In this document: positions 15,736 to 24,956 of the stretch, piece by piece
How positions within the stretch are numbered: position 1 is the stretch's first letter
Layout: each line of letters starts with the position of its first letter
Position numbers and translations under genes: made by a program
Notes under the pieces: model-generated
Database searches by the model: none
Told to the model about the DNA's origin: nothing
Seen by the model: the letters and a program-made list of their open reading frames with translations, nothing else
Origin: an uncultured archaeon
Lineage (GTDB): Archaea > Asgardarchaeota > Thorarchaeia > Thorarchaeales > Thorarchaeaceae
Direction of reading: 5' to 3'
NCBI GenBank assembly: GCA_964354495.1
Contig: CAYHAA010000014.1
Span: 39,361-71,360, forward strand
Length of the DNA: 32,000 nucleotides

Positions 15736-17541
15736 ATGAACCTCGAAGAAGACTCGCAACATTTCTTTATCAATAGCCATGCGCATCCATCAGAGCGCGA
15801 GGTGTTGAGGTTGTCCGCCACACTGCAAGACACTGAATGGATACAGAGAGTACTAGACGTTGTCAATGAAGGCATGATAGTCATTCAAGACGAGGACATT
15901 GTGATGGCAAACTCTGCTTTCGCTGATATGCTGGAATATGACAGCAATGAGATCATAGACATCGCCTTCGAGGACCTCGTGGACAAGCTCTCTCGACGAC
16001 ATGACCGTGAGCTTATTGAATCTCTGATTAGTGGTGAGGATTTGTCGAAGTTCTCTACCCGCCTCGCGTCAAAGAACGGTCGCACTCTCCATGTTGAGAT
16101 TACTCCCACACAAGTCACCCTGAAAGGAAATCTGGCGATTCTAGCGAGCATTAGAAACATCTCGAAACAAATAGCATTGGAAGCAGCTGTGACTGAATTG
16201 GAGAACAGATTCGCGTCGCTCTATGATATGTCTCCCGTAGCATATTTCACCTTGAATCGAAATAGCGTGATAGAGCAGGTCAATGCTGCAGCTGAGGAGT
16301 TGCTCAGAACAAATGCTGAAGAGATAATAGGAAAACCTCTTTCTGTCTTCCTCCCAGAGCCAAAGCCTGGTTACAATCCTGGTGCCGACATCACAAGAGA
16401 AGTTCTGCTCGGCAAGAGCGTTAAAGACCTTGAGATGGAGTTTCGTAATAAGGAAGGAAGGAGTCTCTGGGCGAGTGTATCAGCTCGTTCCTTATCGTCC
16501 GACCCAGAGAAGCCAATTGAGATTGCGTTGACTGCTGCAGACATCACCCGTCGGCGAGTCATGGAACAGAATCTTCGCGAGGAGAGAGAAAGGGCGAGTC
16601 TCTACCTGGATGTAATGACAAGCGACCTGAATATGACAAATCAGAACGTTCTCTTCGCCTTGGAGGATCTCAGCATTTCCTTGGACCTTCCTGAGCGACT
16701 GAAGTCGCTCTTGAGCGAGACCGCATGGAGCCTTAGAAATGCTGCACGGATGATAGCCAATATCGGCGTTTTGATATCTCTCGACAAGTCGCCTCCTGAG
16801 AAGACTCAGACACGACTTCTTCCTCATTTCAAGAAGGCTGTAAGTGAGGCGTTAAGAGACTTCGAATGGAAATCTCTTCAGATATCCTCGAACATCGCAG
16901 ACATCGATTTTGATGTAATAGGACATGCATTCATGTGGTACATATTTTTCAACATCATTCACTACTGTGCAAGTTCTGATACAAGTGAAGAAGTCGTTCT
17001 CAACATTCATGCTGAAATGACGGAAGCAGACGACATGGTTAGAATCGAATTTGAAGATAGAGGGCCGGGTACACCGGATGGCGAGAAGGCACACATATTC
17101 AGAAGAGGGGAAGAGTCTAGGGACCAGCTGGCAGGAAAGGGTCTCAGTCTCACGGTTGTTGAACGATATATCTCACAGCTGGGTGGGAGGATCTGGGTTG
17201 AAGACAGAGTACGAGGCGATTATACTCAGGGATCAAGGTTCATCGTTCTAATCCCTGCTTGGAAGGAAGTACTAGCAGTTCCACAGATCATCTTCTATAA
17301 ATCAGACCACTGCGTCTTCTGCGGGCCAGTTCTTGCCAGCTTGACTGCTGTTCTGACCGAAATGGGTATTGCAACTTATGCAATAAAGACCATCAACGTT
17401 GATGATCCCGCCAGTGAGGTTTCTGAGGGTGACCTGCCTGCTCTGCCAACCATCTATATGGGCCCAGAGCTGCTGTCTGGCTATCTCTCAGAAGATGATC
17501 TTCGAGCTGCTGTCACAAAGATGCTATTCACATCAGGTTGA
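15736..17541 (+). CDS. PAS-PAS histidine-kinase-like protein (degenerate H- and N-box) fused to a C-terminal thioredoxin-fold CxxC domain
   Basis: Two PAS domains. The H-box reads YLDVMTSDLN (His replaced by Ser) and the N-box FNIIHYC. G1 EDRGPG and G2 GKGLSL are present. The tail IIFYKSDHCVFCGPV...INVDD...ALPTI fits a thioredoxin fold. Confidence 0.8.
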   Translation: MNLEEDSQHFFINSHAHPSEREVLRLSATLQDTEWIQRVLDVVNEGMIVIQDEDIVMANSAFADMLEYDSNEIIDIAFEDLVDKLSRRHDRELIESLISGEDLSKFSTRLASKNGRTLHVEITPTQVTLKGNLAILASIRNISKQIALEAAVTELENRFASLYDMSPVAYFTLNRNSVIEQVNAAAEELLRTNAEEIIGKPLSVFLPEPKPGYNPGADITREVLLGKSVKDLEMEFRNKEGRSLWASVSARSLSSDPEKPIEIALTAADITRRRVMEQNLREERERASLYLDVMTSDLNMTNQNVLFALEDLSISLDLPERLKSLLSETAWSLRNAARMIANIGVLISLDKSPPEKTQTRLLPHFKKAVSEALRDFEWKSLQISSNIADIDFDVIGHAFMWYIFFNIIHYCASSDTSEEVVLNIHAEMTEADDMVRIEFEDRGPGTPDGEKAHIFRRGEESRDQLAGKGLSLTVVERYISQLGGRIWVEDRVRGDYTQGSRFIVLIPAWKEVLAVPQIIFYKSDHCVFCGPVLASLTAVLTEMGIATYAIKTINVDDPASEVSEGDLPALPTIYMGPELLSGYLSEDDLRAAVTKMLFTSG

Positions 17542-17546
17542 TTGGA

Positions 17547-18662
17547 TTAGACTTTCGAGGGCATTGGAGCAAGGATGTCATCCTCGTCCTTGATTCCCAT
17601 CTCAGAAATACCCATGTTCGGGTAAACGGTTATTTCATCCCGAAGAGCAATCATATAGCCATCGTGTTCAGTCCTGATGATACCGTCACCAACAGGTCTT
17701 CCATGAATATCCGTAATCTTTGCGATTACCTGACCCTTGGTGACCCTCTCACCTGGACCTACAAGCATTCTCACAATTCCTGAATGCATTGCTCGAGGAT
17801 GTTCAATCCTTCTGATTCTGTATTCAGGTACCGGCACTTTGTACTCAGTTATTGCTTCTTTGGGAGAATCCAGCATTCCCGCCCACCTCAGCAGGTTCCT
17901 TGTTGCCTTTACGGCACCTGCAACAATTTCGGGAATGAGGACGCTATTACTCCCCAGCTCGACAGTGAACGCTGGGATTCTCAAAGTATTGAGGACAGCG
18001 CCGGAGAGCGAGCGGTGATATTTCAGGTTCATATACTTCTTCGGTGGAAAGTCCGCAGTCATCATGGCTCCAGCACCGAACGCCTTGACCATACCAAGTT
18101 GTCTTCTTGCCAGTTCTTCGGCTTGTTTCTTCTCGTTCTCACCGTCATAGAAGACTCGGTCTAGGATGGAATAGGGAACGGAACGAAGTGAATGATTGTG
18201 GATATCAAGGTGATAGTCGGCATACCTCTCGAAGTACGAGAAGAGTAGTGTGGCCACTTGTTCGTAGGGTTTTGGATACTTCTTATCCTCGTCATCCTCA
18301 TCCGGTTTGGCGAATCTACCTTCTGGAAACTGGCGGTTTGGGTCCTCATCTTGGTACTCCGGATGGCGACGATTTAATCGTAACGCTGTCGGATTCAGGG
18401 TTGGTATTGAAACGATGGTTCCTTTGAGCTCCGTTACTAAGTCCTCAGTCACTAATTCATGAAGAACAGCAACACCCGTTAGTTCATTTCCATGGATGTT
18501 TGCAGTCAGGAAGAATGTCGGTCCATCTATCTTCCCCTGAGCTATCACGACTGGTATTCTGTCAACGGTGCCCGTAGGCAGAGGCATTACGTCGATGAAT
18601 CCATACTTGATGGTTCCGGGTTCACTTCTGATATTGCCAATTTTGATTTTCTTCATCGGCAT
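17547..18662 (-). CDS. Succinylglutamate desuccinylase/aspartoacylase (M14) family
   Basis: ANIHGNELTG Zn motif, DPNRQFP, HLDIH, FTVELG and a C-terminal biotinyl-like hairpin. Start re-placed at MPMKKI (18662). Confidence 0.88.
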   Translation of the reverse strand: MPMKKIKIGNIRSEPGTIKYGFIDVMPLPTGTVDRIPVVIAQGKIDGPTFFLTANIHGNELTGVAVLHELVTEDLVTELKGTIVSIPTLNPTALRLNRRHPEYQDEDPNRQFPEGRFAKPDEDDEDKKYPKPYEQVATLLFSYFERYADYHLDIHNHSLRSVPYSILDRVFYDGENEKKQAEELARRQLGMVKAFGAGAMMTADFPPKKYMNLKYHRSLSGAVLNTLRIPAFTVELGSNSVLIPEIVAGAVKATRNLLRWAGMLDSPKEAITEYKVPVPEYRIRRIEHPRAMHSGIVRMLVGPGERVTKGQVIAKITDIHGRPVGDGIIRTEHDGYMIALRDEITVYPNMGISEMGIKDEDDILAPMPSKV

Positions 18663-18845
18663 CAGCCTTCCACCAATGCTGGAGCAATTCGGTCCTTTTA
18701 ATGCATCGGGAGATGGATTCGGTTGCCCCGGCGGTCTATTCGATGGTCTAGGAAGAAACGCACTTTGTGCCATACATGCGCGCACTGATTTCTTGGTTGG
18801 TCACTCTTATTAGGCAAGACACGGATAGTTCAGTGGGCAAGCATA

Positions 18846-20060
18846 GTGCGGGTATTGATGCGACTTCCATTATGGTCTAGGCTTCTAATGAAGGCACTAC
18901 TGGTCATGCTTTTCCCACTTCAGTTCGGAATCAGGAGCCCACTAGATGTTCTCAGTCTCCCATTCCAAGGACTGCTCTTCACGTCATGGTATCCAACGTA
19001 CATATTCATTCTAGAGCGAGTACCAGATATCTCAGTCATCACTCACATCGGCCTGAACTTGTTTATTGGTGTAATGCTCGCCCTACCAGCTATCCTCTTC
19101 AACTATCGCCTGGCCAGGAGTCCTGCGAATAGGCGCATGAGAAGACTTGCAGCTGCTGCATTAGTGTTATCCGGATTGATGGTTTTCATGGTTCTGTTGT
19201 TCATTTCAGCGGCCATAATCGGTTCGGCTGGTTACTACAGCCACATGATCTTTCAGAATATTCTGACCTTTCCGACAATTGCAGTCGGTACCTTCATTGT
19301 CCTTCCAATAATACAGCGGCAAGCTATCTTGATTGCATCTCCCAAGGAGGTGCATAGTTGTTCGCCAGATGAACTGCAGAAGCATCCACAGTCCGGCGTT
19401 GGCAGAGAGGTAACTCTGTCTACAATACTTTGGGCAAGCTTGTATTTTCTTCCCTTTCTCTTGTCCCCGGAGTACTCGTTCTACTATGGCCAAGAATTCT
19501 ATGTGTCCTCACTTGCCTGTGGAGTGACCATTTACTTTGGCGGTGGCATTTATCCTCAGGTTGGGCCGGCACTGATCTACGGTTCAATTGTTCCTCTTTT
19601 CACTTTGCCATCATTGTGCATTCTCAGTTCTCTAAGATTCGTCTTTGTTCGGGATATCTATAGGCATCTGAAACACGAAATGACCTATCGAAGGTTGCTG
19701 TACTTGGGGTTTCTTGCAGATTTCTTTCCTGTGATTGCCTACGTAGTGATACCGCGCATTTTGTTTGGTGGGTATATCTTATCGTCGATTGTTTTCCCGC
19801 TACCCTTTCTGGCAGTTGTTGGGCTGCTAGTCACAAGACTCCATAGGTCGGTCCTGCGTCTTCCGAACCGGATATGGGATGATGTTGAAGCGAGGATGTG
19901 GTTTGAGGAAGAAGAGAAACGACAAGACGTAGCACCTGTCCTTGAGAAAGCAGGTCGACCCGAAGATGAGACAATCACAGTGCCCTTGACCTACATAATG
20001 GTCTCTCACATTCGAAGGAGACGGCACAACGAGAATTCGAGAAGGCCCGATAGGGAGTGA
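18846..20060 (+). CDS. Uncharacterised multi-pass membrane protein
   Basis: A 404-aa ORF with about 8-9 hydrophobic segments and a charged C-terminal tail. No motif recognised. Confidence 0.7.
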   Translation: MRVLMRLPLWSRLLMKALLVMLFPLQFGIRSPLDVLSLPFQGLLFTSWYPTYIFILERVPDISVITHIGLNLFIGVMLALPAILFNYRLARSPANRRMRRLAAAALVLSGLMVFMVLLFISAAIIGSAGYYSHMIFQNILTFPTIAVGTFIVLPIIQRQAILIASPKEVHSCSPDELQKHPQSGVGREVTLSTILWASLYFLPFLLSPEYSFYYGQEFYVSSLACGVTIYFGGGIYPQVGPALIYGSIVPLFTLPSLCILSSLRFVFVRDIYRHLKHEMTYRRLLYLGFLADFFPVIAYVVIPRILFGGYILSSIVFPLPFLAVVGLLVTRLHRSVLRLPNRIWDDVEARMWFEEEEKRQDVAPVLEKAGRPEDETITVPLTYIMVSHIRRRRHNENSRRPDRE

Positions 20061-20126
20061 CCTAGGTCACTGCTGAGGTCTCTCAGGCTTCAGGGAGTCG
20101 TCGATATGGGTATCCAAGTTCTGTAG

Positions 20127-21573
20127 TTACTCAGCATTGAATACCAGAGTCTTGACAACAACCGGAACCACAACATCTTCGATTATGGGAGCGCCAATAT
20201 CAATGAAGTCTCCTTCTCTCAAGGCTATCTCATCAATAGATAGTATTTCGTTCGTTATGCCTGTTTCCCGACGCATGATATTGCCAACACTGTTTCCGAT
20301 ATCGGTGTCAAAGCACATCAGTATTGGTAGATTCTTCGATATTGTCGTTGGAAGTGCCGCGACTACGCCCCTTGCGAACTCTGCCAGATTCTCATAAGAG
20401 GGTCTCACAGCGTCATTGAACGATAGGATCATCCTGTCTTCACCCTCACAGAGATCAAATCTTCGAAGGGCACTTGAAACAGCGCCTTTGATATCCGCAG
20501 CAGATGCCTTTCTCTTGGACGTATACGGTACCAACACGGGGACATTTCTGATAGGGTAGTCGAGTCCCGAAGATAGAAATGTCGTGGACCCGCTGACCTG
20601 GAGGCTGAAACTTCCTGCCCCAATGACAGTTGCTCGAATTCTTTGGTCCGGGTTCTCCACGGGCAATCCGAGTGGACGCGCCTTCTTCGCTATTGACTTG
20701 GCGAGGTCAGTGCCCAGGTCGTTAAAGTACTCCTTTTCTGATTTATAGATATATTCAGCAACTCCACCAGAGAACGTAATGGAATCGACGTGTTCATTCA
20801 CTTGCAGTTGAGGCGTCATCATCAAGAGCTGCGTGCTCTTCAGCATGCTCTTTCCCTGCAGTGCTTCAATAAGGGCATCCGCTAATTCGTCCGCAATCTT
20901 GCGTCTATCTGCCGCAGCGAATGCCTGCCCGATTTCGAGATTGATGCCTATTAGCGACGCGAGCTTCCTTCCCATCTCCTCCAGCCGAACAATGATGCCA
21001 GACCCATCAGTGGCAACAAGCCGCCCTCCCACATTTATTGCTGCAGTTGCCAGTACTCTCCCATCTTTGCAGACCGCAATTTTGGAGGAGCCACCTCCTA
21101 CATCAACATTCATGATTGTCTTTCCAGTCGACATCGACCTTGCAACCGCTCCGGATCCATGTGCCGCCAAGACCGCTTCAAAATTGGGACCAGCAGTAGC
21201 AGCAACGAATTTGCCGGACTCTCCTGCCAACGCATTCACGATCCACTCTGCATTGTTCTTCTTTGCAGTTTCGCCGGTAACGATGACTGCTCCAGTGTCA
21301 ATATCAGAGATGGCAATCTTGGCTGCGCGATAATCGTCGAGTAAGAGGTCTCTGAGTTTGGAGTAGTCAACGTTCTGTGCATCCTTGAACGGAGTCAGGT
21401 GGATTGGACCCGAGTGAATTATTTCACGGTCGACAATTTCGAATTTCTCGGTAGTTGATTTCGTATTCTTCTCTAATACAATTCTGCTGAACACGATGTG
21501 TGATGTTGAGGATCCTATGTCAATACCAACACTGGTCAGTTCTTTTCGTTGGGTCCTTAGAATTTCTGTCCAC
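20127..21573 (-). CDS. eutA: EutA-like ethanolamine ammonia-lyase reactivating factor (5' end frameshifted or non-canonical start)
   Basis: ELTSVGIDIGSSTSHIVFSR (upstream of the track start), IDTGAVIVTGETAKK, FVAATAGPNFEAVLAAHGSG, NVDVGGGSS, FSGGVAEY, IRATVIGAG and VVPVVVKTLVF are EutA motifs. Confidence 0.82.
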
Positions 21574-21699
21574 TCCGCAAAAGGTTAGATGGCGCCCGCT
21601 GCTTCGCTGCGCCTTTTAGGTTTGCTATTCGGGCCTTCCGATGGTTTGAAGTACTGCTTTTCTTATCAGTGTTTTACTGCACGAAATTGGTGAACAGCA

Positions 21700-22215
21700 A
21701 TGGATGTCATAAAAGCAATCAGAGAACGAAGGAGTATTCGAAAATACAAGTCGAAAGAGGTTAGCGAAGAGAGTATAGATATCATTCTTCAAGCTGGTAG
21801 ATGGGCACCATCCGCGTCGAACAAGCAGCCTTGGCATTTCATTGTTGTCCGAGATCCCAACCTCCGAAAAAGACTAGCTGATGCTCATGCCTATGGGAGA
21901 TACATGAAGGAATCACCAGTCGTGATTGTCGTGCTTGGAGATCCACAGAAGCACCCGAGGTACTATCTTGCAGACCCTCACCAAGCCGTTCAAAATATGT
22001 TGCTTGCGGCATACAATCTGGGAATCAGTACGTGCTGGATGGGCGTTCGTGATACAGACATAGAGCCTGCATTCAGAGAGATACTCAACATTCCAGATGA
22101 TCTAAGGGTCATCTGCTCAGTTTCCGTAGGGTATGGTGACGAGGAACGCACTAGTTCACGATACCCCCTTGATGAGATTGTTTCGTGGGAGACCTTCGGG
22201 AATAAATCCAAGTGA
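21700..22215 (+). CDS. Nitroreductase family protein
   Basis: IRERRSIRKY, WAPSASNKQPWHFIVV and QNMLLAAYNLGISTCW. GGTGA SD upstream. Confidence 0.92.
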   Translation: MDVIKAIRERRSIRKYKSKEVSEESIDIILQAGRWAPSASNKQPWHFIVVRDPNLRKRLADAHAYGRYMKESPVVIVVLGDPQKHPRYYLADPHQAVQNMLLAAYNLGISTCWMGVRDTDIEPAFREILNIPDDLRVICSVSVGYGDEERTSSRYPLDEIVSWETFGNKSK

Positions 22216-22221
22216 CCTACT

Positions 22222-22629
22222 ATGCCCGCATCTAAGGATCTGGATTTCCTGCTTGCAAATATGACTCCCGAGATTATTCTAGGAGAGTATGTCTTCACAA
22301 CTGTTGATGAACACACTCTTCAAGAGCTCAGTGACAGCCCAGTACTTGTATTCCGTGAGAGCGAGGGTGTCACCGTGATTCTAAGAAAGGAGGTGGCTGA
22401 TGCCAAGGCTCTCCTCTACGAAGAGGTGTGGGGTCTCATAACTCTCTCTGTTCATTCGTCGCTGTCCGCAATAGGATTTCTCGCCGCTGTGACGAGGGAG
22501 CTAGCAAAGGCATCAATCAGTGTGAATGCTGTGTCTGCAGTCTATCATGATCATCTATTCGTTCCCCTGGATCGAGTCCGCGAAGCAATGACCGTACTGC
22601 GCGACTTGTCAAGTACTAGACGGAAATGA
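22222..22629 (+). CDS. Tandem ACT-domain protein (DUF2241/ACT_7, CASTOR-related)
   Basis: FRESEGVTVIL, ITLSVHSSLSAIGFLAAV and ISVNAVSAVYHDHLFVP. Confidence 0.85.
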   Translation: MPASKDLDFLLANMTPEIILGEYVFTTVDEHTLQELSDSPVLVFRESEGVTVILRKEVADAKALLYEEVWGLITLSVHSSLSAIGFLAAVTRELAKASISVNAVSAVYHDHLFVPLDRVREAMTVLRDLSSTRRK

Positions 22630-23107
22630 TGACCTCTTTTGATCTCTTGCCACTCATGTAGTCAATGTCGATTCGTCCAATGTTGATGCGTTTCAGCGAC
22701 TTTGCTGTAATCTGAGTTTCGATTACCTTCTCGGGGTTCGGTTCAAGCTGATGAATCATGACCTGGAGCGCGTGTTTCTTTTCTGCCGCATTCTTGATGA
22801 AGCTTACCGTGCCCCTAAACTGCGTTGTAGCCCAGAGGTGATCACAGGCACCTTCAACGTAGCCCTTGTCATCGATAGCCTGCCCCCATACCGTATTATT
22901 TTGGTTGAGAATGTCAATCTTCTTTCCTTCGTGAGCGCAGTGGAAATAGATGCAATGTTTTTCTCGGTCGAATCCGTGGCTCAGCGTCACTAGATACGGT
23001 TCATTATTTTGGCACATTGCAATAGTCACATATTTTGCTCTTTCAAGAATCGTCATCATTTCCTCGTCGCTTTCAATCGCCTTCTCTTTTCTTCGAATTC
23101 CTCTCAT
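22616..23107 (-). CDS. Pyridoxamine 5'-phosphate oxidase-like flavin-binding protein (NimA-like)
   Basis: MRGIRRKEK, PYLVTLSHG, IYFHCAHEGKKIDIL and GRIDIDYMSGK. Confidence 0.85.
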   Translation of the reverse strand: MRGIRRKEKAIESDEEMMTILERAKYVTIAMCQNNEPYLVTLSHGFDREKHCIYFHCAHEGKKIDILNQNNTVWGQAIDDKGYVEGACDHLWATTQFRGTVSFIKNAAEKKHALQVMIHQLEPNPEKVIETQITAKSLKRINIGRIDIDYMSGKRSKEVIISV

Positions 23108-23142
23108 TGTACCACTCTCCATCAACTCGACAGCATCCTCTG

Positions 23143-23931
23143 TTACGAACTTCTTGAACCCAGGAATGGTGTCAGCTGTATCAATAGTTGACCTAGAGCA
23201 TACGTGATTCCGACATAGGATCCTGCTAGAAATGTATCATCCGTGAAATCGTGATATGCAATTAGCCAATCAGAGAATAGGAATAGGAAGAATCCAAGTA
23301 TCAGAGCTACTCTGAACAGCAGGGGGAAATTGCCGGTCCATTTCGTAATTGCGAATGCAAGCACAGTCACCAATAGAATGCCATAGGCTAACGCTCCAAC
23401 ACTAAGTACGAGCATCGCGGGATTGAAGACTGTGAAGTAGAAGATGACCAGAACTACCGCTACGCAAACGATCCATACTATGAGATTGCGTGCAATTAGC
23501 TTCCTTCCGCCGCTGTCTTTTTTCTGAAGTAGAAGTGGTGATCTGTTTCTTAGACCCATCAGGTAAAACACATGTCCAATGCCAAAGAGCAGGATGCCAT
23601 TGACTAGAGGCTCAGGGGTGATATAGATAATCCCGGCCATCAGGAAATCGCCAATTGCCCCACACACCATGGCAAAGAAAAGCAACAGCGCATAGGTCTT
23701 CCATTCGCTGTTGGCCCCTCTATGAAGAGCCACGTAGTTCAGAAGGGCCAATAGGACGATGGCAATCGATGATGAGAGAAACAAGGGTTGCGAATTATCC
23801 ATCACTACAAATGCAACAATAAGTACCAATATACCAATAACTATGAGGAGTCGCAGAATGTCAATACTTGATCTCAGATACTTCCCGGACATTGCTTCAC
23901 CAGCACGTATTCTTTCATCTTGCATGTCCAA
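23143..23931 (-). CDS. YhhN / lysoplasmalogenase-family membrane protein
   Basis: GAIGDFLM, LFGIGHVFYL, LAYGILL, LFLFSDWLIA and YALGQLLI match YhhN/TMEM86 conserved Asp/His motifs. Confidence 0.75.
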   Translation of the reverse strand: MDMQDERIRAGEAMSGKYLRSSIDILRLLIVIGILVLIVAFVVMDNSQPLFLSSSIAIVLLALLNYVALHRGANSEWKTYALLLFFAMVCGAIGDFLMAGIIYITPEPLVNGILLFGIGHVFYLMGLRNRSPLLLQKKDSGGRKLIARNLIVWIVCVAVVLVIFYFTVFNPAMLVLSVGALAYGILLVTVLAFAITKWTGNFPLLFRVALILGFFLFLFSDWLIAYHDFTDDTFLAGSYVGITYALGQLLIQLTPFLGSRSS

Positions 23932-24008
23932 ACCAAGCGTTAAGCATTTCTGATAGGAGAAACACGTCTGGGATAACCCTTTTCTGTCTCCTTACCCGTG
24001 ACTGAGTC

Positions 24009-24956
24009 ATGGTCACTCTCGCTGATGTCCGTGCAGCAAGTAATAGAATCCAAGGTGCTGTGCTGAAGACCCCTGTTATGACATCAACGACAATTGATAA
24101 GTTGTCAGGAGGCAGCGTCTTCTTCAAGTGCGAAAATTTCCAGCGCGCCGGAGCTTTCAAGTTCAGGGGCGCGTTTAATGCAATCAGCCAGCTGACCCCC
24201 GAGGAACGCCAGAGGGGTGTTATTGCTCATTCCTCCGGCAATCACGCTCAGGCTCTTGCACTGGCAGCATCGATGCTCGGTGTGAAAGCAACGGCCGTCA
24301 TGCCAAAGAACTCCTCGCAGGTGAAAGTCAATGCAACGCGAGGTTATGGTGCCGAGGTTGTCTTTTGCGAGAACACCGTAGAGAGCAGAGCATCTGTGTG
24401 TGATTCTCTCGCCAAACAGCATGGCTACACCCTTATTCATCCCTACAATGACCCTCGAGTTATTGCAGGAGCCGGCACAGCAGCGCTCGAACTCATCGAA
24501 GAGGTTGGCTGCTTGGACTATGTCTTTGCCCCTGTCGGAGGCGGCGGATTCCTGAGTGGCACTTCGATCGCAGCCAAGGGCCTCTCTCCTACCATAGAGG
24601 TGATTGCAGTCGAACCTGCAAATGCAGATGATGCCTATCGTTCCTTCAGGGCAGGGAAGATACTTCCTAGCGTGAATCCTCACACAATAGCTGATGGTCT
24701 GAGGACCCAACTGGGAGATCTCACATTCGCGGTGATTCAGAAGAACGTGAATGATATCATCACCGTGACAGAGGAGGAAATCGTTAGTGCAATGAGATTT
24801 CTCTGGGAACGCATGAAGCTCGTAGTTGAACCATCTGGTGCAGTCTCTCTGGCTGGACTACTAAAGCAGAAGAGCAGAATGAAACACAGACGTGCTGGCG
24901 TGATGATAAGTGGGGGTAATATCGACCTCACAAGTTACTTCGATACGCTTCTATGA
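24009..24956 (+). CDS. PLP-dependent serine/threonine dehydratase (serine racemase-like), catalytic domain only
   Basis: KCENFQRAGAFKFRGA (PLP Lys), SSGNHAQ, PVGGGG, EPSGA and SGGNID. Confidence 0.92.
   Translation: MVTLADVRAASNRIQGAVLKTPVMTSTTIDKLSGGSVFFKCENFQRAGAFKFRGAFNAISQLTPEERQRGVIAHSSGNHAQALALAASMLGVKATAVMPKNSSQVKVNATRGYGAEVVFCENTVESRASVCDSLAKQHGYTLIHPYNDPRVIAGAGTAALELIEEVGCLDYVFAPVGGGGFLSGTSIAAKGLSPTIEVIAVEPANADDAYRSFRAGKILPSVNPHTIADGLRTQLGDLTFAVIQKNVNDIITVTEEEIVSAMRFLWERMKLVVEPSGAVSLAGLLKQKSRMKHRRAGVMISGGNIDLTSYFDTLL

Noticed and set aside
22616-24956. Convergent stop-codon overlaps (22616-22629 and 24951-24956)
   Set aside because: Short tail-to-tail overlaps are common in compact archaeal genomes.
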